Made by a program: the position numbers and the translations under genes. A DNA stretch of 64,000 bases from Vampirovibrio sp. Lineage in GTDB: Bacteria > Cyanobacteriota > Vampirovibrionia > Vampirovibrionales > Vampirovibrionaceae. The stretch's first letter is position 1. Every line of letters begins with the position of its first letter. The DNA lies in contig NZ_JBGSRV010000003.1 of the NCBI RefSeq assembly GCF_041737375.1, positions 76,522 to 140,521 on the forward strand, given 5' to 3'. Under the pieces are notes generated by a model that was not told where the DNA came from, made no database searches, and saw only the letters and a program-made list of their open reading frames with translations. Positions 1 through 11,856 of this stretch are shown here, in pieces.

Positions 1-132
1 ATTCTCAGCTCGGTTTATATCAGCCTTTTGTCTGAAGAGCATCATTAATTTCCCACTCATTTTCACACTTTTCTAAATCAGTCGAAATCCGGTTTTATTA
101 TCACTCACGAGAGAAAAAGGAGACTCTAAATC

Positions 133-369
133 ATGGACACAGCTTCAGTCGCTATGTTGGCAGGCCCCTTGGCAGTTGGCTTGGCCGCCATTGGCCCCGC
201 TATCGGTATTTGCTTTATGACCGCAGCGTTTTTCAACAGCGTGGCTCGTCAACCTGAAATTCAAGGCAACATCACCCCTCAGTACTTCATCACCTTGGGT
301 GTTGTTGAATTGCTGGGTCTGTTTGGCTTTGTAACCTTCTTCCTGCTGTTCCAAAAATTCGGCGGTTAA
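133..369 (+). CDS. atpE: F0F1 ATP synthase subunit c (proteolipid)
   Basis: 78-aa protein with two hydrophobic helices and the ARQPE loop motif. It is followed by the b'/b/delta/alpha/gamma genes. A GGAG RBS lies upstream. Confidence 0.8.
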   Translation: MDTASVAMLAGPLAVGLAAIGPAIGICFMTAAFFNSVARQPEIQGNITPQYFITLGVVELLGLFGFVTFFLLFQKFGG

Positions 370-382
370 GTTTTTTCAAGCT

Positions 383-430
383 GGAACCGCTTGTTCCCCT
401 GAGTTCTATTCAGTCATTACAAGCGGTTCC
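383..430 (+). promoter_or_regulatory. 12-bp perfect inverted repeat (ggaaccgcttgt / acaagcggttcc) with 24-nt loop between the c and b' genes
   Basis: Read directly from the sequence. There is no T-run after it, so it looks more like an RNA processing/stability or attenuator hairpin than a full terminator. Confidence 0.4.
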
Positions 431-494
431 TTCCTTGACTCTTCATTTATAAGTCGCTCCAGTCCAGCATTGCGCCACAGGAAATTAAACCCAA

Positions 495-941
495 ATGCCG
501 ACATTCAACGCCACATTTTTATTCGTACTGATTAGTTTCGCCGTATTCGCGGCGATCATGCAGGCCATTTATTTTGCGCCCATCATGAAAATCAAAAACG
601 AGCGTGAGCAAAAGCTGACCGATGATCAGCAATCCACCGCTGATTTTTTAGCACGATTTGAACAACTGCATGCCGATTATGAGGCAGGCATTAAACAGGC
701 CCGTCTGGAAGCGCACCAAGTGATTCAGAATGCCCGCCAACAGTCAAAAACATCCGCCCAACAAATGGTCATTGAATCCCGCACCGTGGCCCAAGGCGAG
801 ACGGATCAAAAAATGGCGGAACTTCATCAGTGGCGGGAAAGCACCTACCAGCAAATGGAAGCTGAACGGGCTTCCCTCACCCAATCGGTTATCGCCAAAG
901 TTAAAGCGGGCAACAAACTTCGCACCGCCACTGGCAGTTAG
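495..941 (+). CDS. F0F1 ATP synthase subunit b' (cyanobacterial atpG / b-prime)
   Basis: 148-aa protein with an N-terminal TM helix followed by a long charged coiled-coil. It sits between the c and b genes as in cyanobacterial atp1 operons. Confidence 0.7.
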   Translation: MPTFNATFLFVLISFAVFAAIMQAIYFAPIMKIKNEREQKLTDDQQSTADFLARFEQLHADYEAGIKQARLEAHQVIQNARQQSKTSAQQMVIESRTVAQGETDQKMAELHQWRESTYQQMEAERASLTQSVIAKVKAGNKLRTATGS

Positions 942-968
942 TATCAGAACAGGAGCATTAAAGCAGGA

Positions 969-1549
969 ATGTTACCCCTCAGCGAATCAATCCCCTTCTT
1001 GCGGCAAGCCTCCGTGTTCTTGCTTCAAGCCGAAGGGCATGGGCACAGCATGACCCTGATGCAACAATTGGAACACTCCAACGTTTTTAACGTGGCTTTG
1101 GTGGTTTTAATTCTGGGTTTTCTGGCCAAAAAATTTAACTTGTTGGGTGGCATTGAAGCCCAACGCAAGCAGCTGGCTTCTGGCATCGAAGCAGTTGAAC
1201 TGCAAAAAAAGCAGGCCCTTCAACAGTTAGAGGAAGCCCAACGTAAAACGGCCAATTTAACCGCTGAAGTGGATGAAATTTTGAACAACGCCCGTCAATC
1301 GGCTGAAGCCCTTTCCAAGCAAATTTTAAATGACGCTCGCAGTGAGTCGGACAAAATTATTGAAAACGCCAAAAGGCGGGTGGAGCTGGAGCAACGCTCG
1401 GCCATCAAGGATCTGGAACGCCGGTTGCTCAGCGATGCCTTGTCCGATGCTCGGGTTGCGCTGGCCGGGGACTTGAACGCCGCCGATCAAAAGCGCTCGA
1501 TAGAAACCTTTCTGGATGAATTATCGCAACTGAAAGAGGGCCATCGCTC

Positions 1550-1553
<4 letters not shown>
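969..1553 (+). CDS. atpF: F0F1 ATP synthase subunit b
   Basis: TM helix plus a long charged helix (QQLEEAQRK...). Its stop overlaps the atpH start (ATGA). An alternative start at 1050 is possible. Confidence 0.75.
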
Positions 1554-3713
<2,160 letters not shown>

Positions 3714-3737
3714 GAAGGTCAGCGAAGGAAGCCAATC

Positions 3738-4676
3738 ATGCCCAACCTGAAGGACATCCGGCGCCGGATTAAAAGCGTCAAAAGCACTCAAAAAATTACG
3801 CAAGCCATGCGTATGGTTGCCGCCGCCAAGGTAAAACGGGCTGAAAACAAGGTCAAAGCAGCCCGTCCCTATACCAGCGAACTCCAAAAAGTGTTCAGCA
3901 ATGTGTTCAATGATTTGCAAAACCATGTGGAACAACTTAGCAATTCCCGTTACGGCGAATTGCTGAAGGCACGGGCCATTCGCAACATTGGCATTGTGGT
4001 GATCACCTCGGATCGGGGCTTGTGCGGGAACTACAACTCCTCCGTCATTCGTCAGGCTTTCCGTTTAGAGCGAGAAGTAAAAGCCCGTGGCCTCACCCCC
4101 AAGTTCTACCTGGTGGGAAACAAGGCCATTCAGGCATTTGCCCGCTATTCGGAATCTGAGGTTTTGGGACGCAGCACCGGCATATCAGCGGCCCCCACGG
4201 TGCAAGATGCCAACCTAATCGCCCAGACCATGACCCAAGCGTTCGTGGATGAAAAAATTGACACCATTGACGTACTTTCCACGCATTTTGTGTCCATGAT
4301 TTCCTACAAAGTGCAGATCAGCCCGGTCATTCCGGTCCGCTCCTTTATTGACTGGGAACCTGAATTGATTCCCTCTTTAAATGACAGCCACTACAGTGTG
4401 TCTGCCAGCAAACTGAAGCCGGAATTATTGATGGAGCCGGATGCGGTGACCACGTTGGATGCCATTGTTCCCATGTATGTCAGCAATCTGTTCTACACCT
4501 TGTTGCTGGAAGGTTCTGCCAGTGAGCTAGCGGCGCGGATGACCGCCATGTCCAACGCAACCACCAATGCGGGCGACATGATTAACCGCCTGACCATTCA
4601 GTACAACAAAGTGCGTCAGGCAGCCATTACCCAGGAAATTCTGGAAATTGTAGGCGGGGCGGAAGCGCTGAAATAA
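3738..4676 (+). CDS. atpG: F0F1 ATP synthase subunit gamma
   Basis: N-terminal 'LKDIRRRIKSVKSTQKITQAMRMVAAAKV' and C-terminal 'ITQEILEIVGGAEAL' are gamma-subunit signatures. Confidence 0.9.
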   Translation: MPNLKDIRRRIKSVKSTQKITQAMRMVAAAKVKRAENKVKAARPYTSELQKVFSNVFNDLQNHVEQLSNSRYGELLKARAIRNIGIVVITSDRGLCGNYNSSVIRQAFRLEREVKARGLTPKFYLVGNKAIQAFARYSESEVLGRSTGISAAPTVQDANLIAQTMTQAFVDEKIDTIDVLSTHFVSMISYKVQISPVIPVRSFIDWEPELIPSLNDSHYSVSASKLKPELLMEPDAVTTLDAIVPMYVSNLFYTLLLEGSASELAARMTAMSNATTNAGDMINRLTIQYNKVRQAAITQEILEIVGGAEALK

Positions 4677-4698
4677 GCTGCTTGATAGTTCAATATAA

Positions 4699-4736
4699 AA
4701 AAACCGGTGAAGGGTCTAACCCAGCCGGTTTTTTAA
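4699..4736 (+). terminator. Putative rho-independent terminator after the gamma gene
   Basis: aaccgg...ccagccgg stem followed by a TTTTTT run, read directly. Confidence 0.45.
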
Positions 4737-5095
4737 TTGCAAAAAACGAGAGTTCAAAAAATGGATCGCCAACACCCTGGCAAAAAACGGGCATCAATTA
4801 ACTGTTTTATTAAATAAATATATCGAGTCGGCCCAGGGTATGGGTGTTGAATTGATACAGATCCGGGCTGCCAGAAAACTGGGGCTTTCCGTTAAACGTA
4901 TCAGCAGTGGCCACTTTGATGTTTTTATCAGCGGCGCCCTGAAACAACGGAAACGTTCCCCGGACCGGGGGATTGGCCACAGGCAGGAAAAAAGATTTGG
5001 CAGCGGCTTCGATAGGATTCATAACGAGAAACACTCACTTTCTCAAATTAAGCGTTGATGAAAAAGGTTGGTGGACGAGCAAGGTTTATGTCTGT

Positions 5096-5172
5096 TAAAC
5101 ACTTAGGTTAGTGTTATTTAAACACCTGCCCTGTTTTTTGTAAACACCTTTTCCATAATTTGTAAGTGTTTG
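5096..5172 (+). promoter_or_regulatory. Periodic array of (T)AAACAC heptamers (three direct copies ~22 bp apart plus two inverted GTGTT copies) in the secA leader
   Basis: Seen directly: taaacac at ~5096, ~5119 and ~5141, with inverted copies at ~5111 and ~5166. The array lies 150-220 bp upstream of the secA ATG. Confidence 0.3.
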
Positions 5173-5319
5173 CTCAAAGAAGCGCATCGGGATTTTGGCA
5201 GAACGATGACAAGCTGCGCTGGTTTTGGGTATACTATAATCAGCCATTGGCAAATTCCGTCTGAATTTCAGCGGTTCATACCCGTTATATTTAAAGCCCG
5301 AAGTCAGAGAGAACCGTCC

Positions 5320-8300
5320 ATGTTCGACCTAATCCGCAAGATGCTGCCCGATCCCAACGAGCGTAAAATCAAAGTCCGTGAGCCTATCGTGGATCACATC
5401 AACGACCTGGAAGCGGAAATGCAGGCGCTTTCTGATGAAGAGCTAAGAGGCAAGACCGCCTATTTTCAGCAAATGCTGGCCGGGCGGGAGCGGGGCGATA
5501 CCGAAAAACGGGATCGCCAGCTGGAAAAAGAAATGCTGGATCTGATTTTGCCGGAAGCGTTCGCCACGGTACGGGAAGCCAGCCGCCGGGTTCTGGGCAT
5601 GCGCCACTTTGACGTGCAGCTATTGGGCGGCATGGTTTTACACGATGGCGGCATTGCGGAAATGAGAACCGGAGAGGGAAAAACCCTGGTAGCCACTTTG
5701 CCCGCCTACCTGAACGCTTTAAGCGGCAAAGGTGTCCATGTGATTACCGTCAACGATTACCTGGCCCGCCGGGATGCCGAGTGGATGGGCAAGGTTTACA
5801 ATTTTCTGGGGCTGAGCACCGGAATGGTCCTGTCCCAACAGCGCAGCTTTAACGCGTTTGCCGATAAAAAAGACGCCTACGACGCTGATATTACCTACGG
5901 CACCAACAACGAATTCGGGTTTGACTATCTGCGAGATAACATGGCGGGTTCCAAAAGCCAGTTGGTACAGCGTCCCTTCAATTTTGCCATTATTGATGAA
6001 GTGGATAGCATTTTGATTGACGAGGCCCGTACCCCGCTCATTATTAGCGGGCGGCTCGAGCAATCGGCGGACATGTACCGCACCATGGCTCGCATTGCCC
6101 CCTTGTTGCAGCCAGAACGTGACTACACCGTGGATGAAAAGGGCAGAAACGTTGTTTTAACTGAGGACGGTATCGATCGCGCCCAGGAAGTTCTGGGCAT
6201 TGAAGACCTGTTTGATATTCAGCACAACATGGCCCACCACATGCTTCAGGCGCTGAAGGCCAAGGAACTGTTCCGTGTGGACGTGGATTATGTGGTTAAA
6301 AACAACGAAGTGATCATTGTAGATGAGTTCACCGGGCGCTTAATGGATGGTCGGCGGTGGAGCGATGGTTTGCATCAGGCGGTGGAAGCCAAGGAAGGGG
6401 TGCAAATTCAGGATGAAACCCAAACCTTGGCCAGTATTACCTTTCAAAACCTGTTCCGGCTCTACCCCAAGTTATCGGGCATGACGGGCACCGCGCAGAC
6501 CGAGGAAGCCGAGTTCGGCAAGATTTACAGCCTCAGCGTCACCACCATTCCCACCAACCGGCAAGACAGCCGAAACAATTTGCCGGACACCATTTATAAA
6601 AACGAACGCATCAAAATGTATAAAGTGGTGGAAGAAATTGTGGAATACCACCAGATGAACCGCCCGGTACTGGTGGGAACCGTTTCCATTGAGAAGTCCG
6701 AAGAAATTTCACACCTGCTTTCCAAGCCCGTGGAAATGGCCCAGCATTTGCGGGAAAAAGCGGCCCGCTTGCTGAATAGTCTGGATCAAACCAAGGATGC
6801 CGCGCTTTACAATCAGTTGGTGGGAAAACTCCGTAACCCGGAAGCCGCCAACCCGGAAGACTTTACCCAAATCGCCAAGGGCTTGCCTGAAGATATGGCC
6901 CTCTTTCTGGAAGGACTGGCCAAAACCCTGAAGACTGTTCAGGCCATTCAGGCAGGGCTTCCGCACCAGGTACTCAACGCCAAGCACCACGAGCATGAGG
7001 CCATGATTGTGGCTCAGGCGGGGCGCAAAGGGGCCATTACCATTGCCACCAACATGGCGGGCCGGGGTACCGATATTTTGCTGGGCGGCAACGCCGAACT
7101 CATGGCCAAAAGTGAATATGAGCTGATGGGCATGGACTGGCGCACGGTCGATCCCCAAGAGCTGGAAGCGGCCATTACCCGCAAAAAATTGCTGACTGAT
7201 TCGGAAAAAGAAGAAGTTCTGGCCGGGGGTGGCTTGCACATTATTGGTACCGAACGCCACGAATCACGCCGGATTGACAACCAATTGCGGGGTCGAGCGG
7301 CTCGACAAGGCGATCCCGGCTCTACGCACTTCTTTCTGTCTTTGGAAGATGGTTTGATGCGTAAATTCGGCGGCGAGCGCATTTCAGGCATGATGGACTT
7401 GCTGGGGGTGGATGAAACCATGCCCATTTCCGCCAAAATGGTCAGCAGGGCCATTGAGGGCGCTCAGCGCAAGGTAGAAGCTTACTACTTTGACATTCGT
7501 AAAAATATTTTGCAGTACGATGACGTGTTGACCGAGCAACGCAAGCTGATTTACGAGCAACGCAAAAAAGTGCTGAACGGGGAAAATTTACGGGATTCCA
7601 TTCGCCATATGGTGGAACAGGATATGGAACGCATTATAAGCACCCACTTAATTCCCAACAGCACCCCGGAAGACTGGGCGGATGAAGTGCTGGATGAAAT
7701 GCTGGCCACCATCCATGGCATTTGCCCCCAACTGGGGCCGGTGGTTACGAAGGCCAGTCTGGCTGGAAAAAATCAGGCCCAGCTGCTGGAATTTGTTCGC
7801 ACCGAAGGTTTAAAAGTTTATGAGACGCTGGAAAGCGAATTGACTCGAGTTTCAAGCGAGCTGGAAGCCTCTCATGGGGTCAATCTGGTGGGGCTGGATG
7901 AGGATGATGAAACCATCCAAAGCGAGCTGGCCCAATTATCACCCGAAAAAGCAGCCGAAATTAAGCACCCCCTGCGCCGAATTGAGCGAGACATCCTGCT
8001 ATCAGTGATTGATAACCGCTGGATTGATTATCTGCACAATCTGGATGGCCTGCGGGAAGGCATTGGCTTGCGGGCTTACGGCCAGAAAGATCCGCTGATT
8101 GAATACAAGCGGGAAGCTTTTGAAATGTTTCAGAACCTGACCTACGAAATTCAACGGGATACGGTCATGATTCTGTTCAACACCCGCATTGAAATTCAGA
8201 TGCAGCGCCAACTGGAAGAGCCTGCCTTGACGGTGGAAGCAGAAATGCACCATACCCCCCTGACCGAAGCGCTGGAGCATATTCAGGAAAGCGGGGAAGA

Positions 8301-8412
8301 CGCCTCAACCGCAACCACCGTCATTGCCAGTGAACTTCCTTTGCTGGAGCAGCCGGGCGATAGCGATGAAAACCGCACCCGCAAAAAGCCCAGCAAAATT
8401 AATCCCTTTTAA
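5320..8412 (+). CDS. secA: Preprotein translocase ATPase SecA
   Basis: DEAD-motor motifs (MRTGEGKTLVATLPAYLNAL, TNMAGRGTDI), helical scaffold and wing domains. The start at ATG 5320 (MFDLIRK...) lies 150 nt inside the track ORF. No C-terminal Zn-finger is present. Confidence 0.95.
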   Translation: MFDLIRKMLPDPNERKIKVREPIVDHINDLEAEMQALSDEELRGKTAYFQQMLAGRERGDTEKRDRQLEKEMLDLILPEAFATVREASRRVLGMRHFDVQLLGGMVLHDGGIAEMRTGEGKTLVATLPAYLNALSGKGVHVITVNDYLARRDAEWMGKVYNFLGLSTGMVLSQQRSFNAFADKKDAYDADITYGTNNEFGFDYLRDNMAGSKSQLVQRPFNFAIIDEVDSILIDEARTPLIISGRLEQSADMYRTMARIAPLLQPERDYTVDEKGRNVVLTEDGIDRAQEVLGIEDLFDIQHNMAHHMLQALKAKELFRVDVDYVVKNNEVIIVDEFTGRLMDGRRWSDGLHQAVEAKEGVQIQDETQTLASITFQNLFRLYPKLSGMTGTAQTEEAEFGKIYSLSVTTIPTNRQDSRNNLPDTIYKNERIKMYKVVEEIVEYHQMNRPVLVGTVSIEKSEEISHLLSKPVEMAQHLREKAARLLNSLDQTKDAALYNQLVGKLRNPEAANPEDFTQIAKGLPEDMALFLEGLAKTLKTVQAIQAGLPHQVLNAKHHEHEAMIVAQAGRKGAITIATNMAGRGTDILLGGNAELMAKSEYELMGMDWRTVDPQELEAAITRKKLLTDSEKEEVLAGGGLHIIGTERHESRRIDNQLRGRAARQGDPGSTHFFLSLEDGLMRKFGGERISGMMDLLGVDETMPISAKMVSRAIEGAQRKVEAYYFDIRKNILQYDDVLTEQRKLIYEQRKKVLNGENLRDSIRHMVEQDMERIISTHLIPNSTPEDWADEVLDEMLATIHGICPQLGPVVTKASLAGKNQAQLLEFVRTEGLKVYETLESELTRVSSELEASHGVNLVGLDEDDETIQSELAQLSPEKAAEIKHPLRRIERDILLSVIDNRWIDYLHNLDGLREGIGLRAYGQKDPLIEYKREAFEMFQNLTYEIQRDTVMILFNTRIEIQMQRQLEEPALTVEAEMHHTPLTEALEHIQESGEDASTATTVIASELPLLEQPGDSDENRTRKKPSKINPF

Positions 8413-8473
8413 ACGGGTTTAAAAGGGATTAAAGCCGTTTAAAACCGGTAGGCACACCGAACTTTAAATTCAA

Positions 8474-8512
8474 CCCAAGCCGCTTCTCATCAAGCACCGG
8501 CTTGGGTTTTTT
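8474..8512 (+). terminator. Rho-independent terminator after secA
   Basis: cccaagccg / cggcttggg stem with a 15-nt loop followed by TTTTTT. Confidence 0.6.
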
Positions 8513-8653
8513 CCGTTTATTCGCGCGAGCGGCTTTGGGTCTTGGCGAAAGCTGAAAAAGCTAAAATTGTAAAGGTTTGTGAACACTTTAGGGCGCTAAG
8601 CTCAAAGGTTTTTTCGCAAATGCCGATAAGGCCTTATAGCAAGAGGACTTGGC

Positions 8654-9541
8654 ATGAACTTTTATAACAGCTATTTACAAGGGGTCAACCAGACCATTGG
8701 GGAGCATTCCCGTTATGCGCGCCAATTTCAGGCCGGTCAGGGAAAAACCGGCACTCAGAGCGGGGCCACTACAGCCACGCCCACCCCGGCTCCAGATCAA
8801 AACCCAGCCACCGACCCCACCCAGCTGATGAATTTATTGCTTACGCTGTTCCAGATGATGGGCGGAACGCAGGATACGGCCACCGGAACGACAGGCACCA
8901 CCACAGGAACCACTACCGCCACTACGCCGCCGCCCTATGTCCCCGGATTGACTAACCCGCCACCACCGGCTCAAAACCCGGCGGTTGCTTCCATTGAAAG
9001 CAAATTGAGCGCCAAGGCCAACGCCACCGACCCCAATAGTGCAGCCATCATCCTATCCCCGGCTGATGTTGCCTCGCTGCGGGCCGACTTGCAAAGCGGC
9101 AAATTTTCCGCGGCGGATTTGGGCGAAGCGCTGATGTATAAGCTGGATCAGGCCCCCGACAAAAACCGGGTGGCCATCGGCCAACTCATTCAGGCATTTA
9201 CCAACGCTGGAGAATTGAACATTTCGGCATTCCTGCAAAATGATTACCTGCTCAAGCTATCCCCGGCCCGACAGGAAACGCTCATGAACAGCATCCAGCA
9301 AGGTGGACTGGAACTGGAAAACGGCAAACCCAACGGGCGACTGATTGGCTTTATGCTGGACAACCTGAGCAAGCCCGGCGATCCGCAAAGCAAAGCCTTT
9401 ATTCAGCAGTTGCTGCAAAATTTACAAATCACTTACGCCAAGCATCCCCAATCTTCACAGGGAAAATTGTTGGCCCAATTGATGACACTGGGGGGAATAT
9501 CCGTGGGTGATGATAACGCGCTTATTTTTCAGAATGCTTAA
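8654..9541 (+). CDS. Hypothetical protein with a Thr/Gly/Pro-rich low-complexity segment
   Basis: AGAGGA RBS 6 nt upstream of the ATG. It contains a TGTTGTTTGTTTATTPPP-type tract. I do not recognise a domain. Confidence 0.5.
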   Translation: MNFYNSYLQGVNQTIGEHSRYARQFQAGQGKTGTQSGATTATPTPAPDQNPATDPTQLMNLLLTLFQMMGGTQDTATGTTGTTTGTTTATTPPPYVPGLTNPPPPAQNPAVASIESKLSAKANATDPNSAAIILSPADVASLRADLQSGKFSAADLGEALMYKLDQAPDKNRVAIGQLIQAFTNAGELNISAFLQNDYLLKLSPARQETLMNSIQQGGLELENGKPNGRLIGFMLDNLSKPGDPQSKAFIQQLLQNLQITYAKHPQSSQGKLLAQLMTLGGISVGDDNALIFQNA

Positions 9542-10205
9542 ATTTACGAATCCAGCTACTCACCAAGCTAGATGTAACATCGTGTTTTTTGGCCAATTTT
9601 CCGGGCTTGGTTTCGCCTTGCTGATAATCCTCTAATACATACTTGCGTTTCACAGCAAATTCCTTGCGGCGTTCCGAAAGGCTCCCTGATTTTTTCTTTG
9701 TGCCAGTTCTGACCCTTTCAGAGGAGGCTTCCGACAAGATGGAAGGTTCGCTTTCGAGTTCGGTAAGAGATTGAACCTCCTTTCTCGCTTTTAGCTGCCG
9801 GGATAATGGCGCATTGAAGTCTGTCAACGGCTCAATCTCGAAAATCGCAAAAGGATTCCACGACGGTTTCTGATGCCCGCTGACCGGGGGGGAATCCAAA
9901 GCGGGTAATGTAAAGGGGGGCTGATTGGGGAATTTCACCAAAGTCGGCCCGCTCAAATCTGGCAAACCCTTCAAAAACTGGCGGTCTTGCGGCGAGAAAA
10001 ACAACTTGTCCACTTCAGGGGATGAAGGCTGAGAATCGTAGAAATCCGATGCAACAGACTTTAGAAAAGAATCGTTCGATGCGGTGCGAGGCGGGGGAGA
10101 TGTTTCATGCGAGGTGACCAGCTGCTGCTTGCGTTTTGCTTCATCAGCGGCGGTATTTTTAAACCCAAGCGAGTGCCCAGTGGTAACCAGCGAATAGGGA
10201 TGCAT
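9522..10205 (-). CDS. Hypothetical Ser/Pro-rich protein with a C-terminal transposase-like HTH (IS3 OrfA / HTH_Tnp_1-like)
   Basis: Strong AAGGAG RBS before the internal ATG at 10205. The C-terminus 'RRKEFAVKRKYVLEDYQQGETKPGKLAKKHDVTSSLVSSWIRKF' resembles transposase N-terminal HTHs. Its 3' end overlaps the convergent gene by 20 bp. Confidence 0.45.
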   Translation of the reverse strand: MHPYSLVTTGHSLGFKNTAADEAKRKQQLVTSHETSPPPRTASNDSFLKSVASDFYDSQPSSPEVDKLFFSPQDRQFLKGLPDLSGPTLVKFPNQPPFTLPALDSPPVSGHQKPSWNPFAIFEIEPLTDFNAPLSRQLKARKEVQSLTELESEPSILSEASSERVRTGTKKKSGSLSERRKEFAVKRKYVLEDYQQGETKPGKLAKKHDVTSSLVSSWIRKFKHSEK

Positions 10206-10365
10206 CGACCATTCTCCTTTACAGCAAATACACGGGCTCGTGAGCCAAAACGGAATCATGCCATGGAAACCCGGATTATGAAATCCAGATTATTTTAGCG
10301 ATGATTCAAACTTTTTACTATAACAATAGTAATATTGTCAAATCCATGACCAACGCAAAACCGCA

Positions 10366-11694
10366 TCAATCCCAATGGGCGGTGGTTAACTGAACCCGGC
10401 GCACAATCTCAGCCTCCGGCACGGTGAGTAACTGGCCTTGCTCAAACACCTTTTGGCCCGCCACATACACCGCCTGAATGGCTGAGGGCTGGCTGGCGTA
10501 AACCAGATTGTTCATGGCGTTCTGGCGGGGCTGCATGGAAAGATCGTTGAGGTTTACCACCGTAAAATCGGCGGCAAAACCGGCCTTAAGCTGACCGATG
10601 GGCAAGCCCAGATTTTGCCCCCCGTGACGGGTGCCCATGGCAAACATATCCGCCGCCTTGGTCACTGTGGAATCCAGGAATTTGACCTTTTGCAGCAAGC
10701 TGGTCATTCGCATTTCCTCAATAATAGAGGCCCGGTTATTGCTGCACCCCCCATCCGTTCCCAAAGAAATACACACCCCGGCGGCCTGCATTTCCCGAAT
10801 GCGGGTAATGCCATCACCCAAAAACAGGTTGCTGGAAGGGTTGTAAGAAAGCCCGGTACCACGCTGAGCCATTAATTCAATTTCTTGATCATCCATCCAT
10901 ACGCAATGGATGCCCACCAGACGCTGGTTCAGCACCCCTAAACTCTCCAGAAAAGCCACCGGGGGTTTGCCGTGTTTCTCCTCAATCAGGGTGCGCTCGT
11001 ACTGGCCTTCGGCAATGTGCATATGGAATGGGGTATCCAACGATTCCGCCAACGCCGCCCCGGCCAGAATCATCTCCACGCTGGCCCCGTGCAAGCTATG
11101 CGGGGCGGGCAGCACATGCACCATGGGGTGCTGCTTGAATTCGGCATGCAACTGGCGGGTATTTTCCACCGCCTGCGGCACGGATTCCCGAAAGCGATCG
11201 GGCGCGCCGTCCCAGTCGTACATGGTACGGGCCATGACGATGCGAATGCCCACATCCAGCGCGGCCTGAATCACCGCACGGGCGTTATCGTTGGCCTGAT
11301 CGTTGATATAAAAGAAATCGCAAACCGTGGTAATCCCGGCTTTCAGCATTTCCCCAAAGGCAAACAGGGCGCCGGTGTAAATATCTTCTCTGCTCAGGGT
11401 TTTGGCGTACTTGTACAGGGCCTGATCCCGCCAGGTGAAAAAATCCTCGTCATCGCAAAAGCCTTTTAGCAAGGATTGAAACGAGTGATTGTGCGAGTTG
11501 ACCAAACCGGGAATGATCAAACCATTGGCAAAGTGAATGACCTCTGCCGGTTGGGCGCTAGCCCCGTCAGCCAGAGCATTAGTCAGGGTTTTCAGGGGGC
11601 CTGCCCCCAGAATTTGATCGTCTTCTACCCATAACCCCCAGCCCGATTGGGGTTGTCCGTCCCCGTGAATCAAATCGGCGGTGTAAATGGGCAT
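10366..11694 (-). CDS. Amidohydrolase-superfamily deaminase/chlorohydrolase-like protein (SsnA/HutF/guanine-deaminase family)
   Basis: Metal-ligand motifs HNHSFQ, HMHIAEG and HCVWMDD, with TIM-barrel amidohydrolase organisation. GAGGAG RBS before the ATG at 11694. Confidence 0.75.
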   Translation of the reverse strand: MPIYTADLIHGDGQPQSGWGLWVEDDQILGAGPLKTLTNALADGASAQPAEVIHFANGLIIPGLVNSHNHSFQSLLKGFCDDEDFFTWRDQALYKYAKTLSREDIYTGALFAFGEMLKAGITTVCDFFYINDQANDNARAVIQAALDVGIRIVMARTMYDWDGAPDRFRESVPQAVENTRQLHAEFKQHPMVHVLPAPHSLHGASVEMILAGAALAESLDTPFHMHIAEGQYERTLIEEKHGKPPVAFLESLGVLNQRLVGIHCVWMDDQEIELMAQRGTGLSYNPSSNLFLGDGITRIREMQAAGVCISLGTDGGCSNNRASIIEEMRMTSLLQKVKFLDSTVTKAADMFAMGTRHGGQNLGLPIGQLKAGFAADFTVVNLNDLSMQPRQNAMNNLVYASQPSAIQAVYVAGQKVFEQGQLLTVPEAEIVRRVQLTTAHWD

Positions 11695-11856
11695 TGTGGA
11701 ACTCCTCACTATTCAAACGCTGATTCCGATTGTATGATCCTTAAGAGCCACAGCAAAGTAAAAACGGGGAAAATTTTGATATCAGCCCGGTTTTGTTTTC
11801 ATTACAATAATAAACAGGAAAAAATCGTACCGCCTTGAAAAAAGAGAGCCTGCCCC

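Noticed and set aside
4810-5058. 72/74-aa ORFs in the atpG–secA intergenic region
   Set aside because: No RBS. Basic low-complexity or frame-mirrored sequences. More plausibly part of the long secA leader or promoter region.
10366-11709. Many 60-160-aa antisense or overlapping ORFs inside long genes (e.g. 10615-11469, 26333-27943, 32548-33519, 59070-59888)
   Set aside because: Each is fully contained within a well-supported longer CDS on the opposite strand or in another frame, in GC-rich sequence where such ORFs arise by chance.
11710-11856. Possible FMN riboswitch upstream of ribE
   Set aside because: The intergenic region is only ~146 bp and lacks the conserved FMN-aptamer blocks (no GGATxGGGGC / CCGGCGGTA-type elements).
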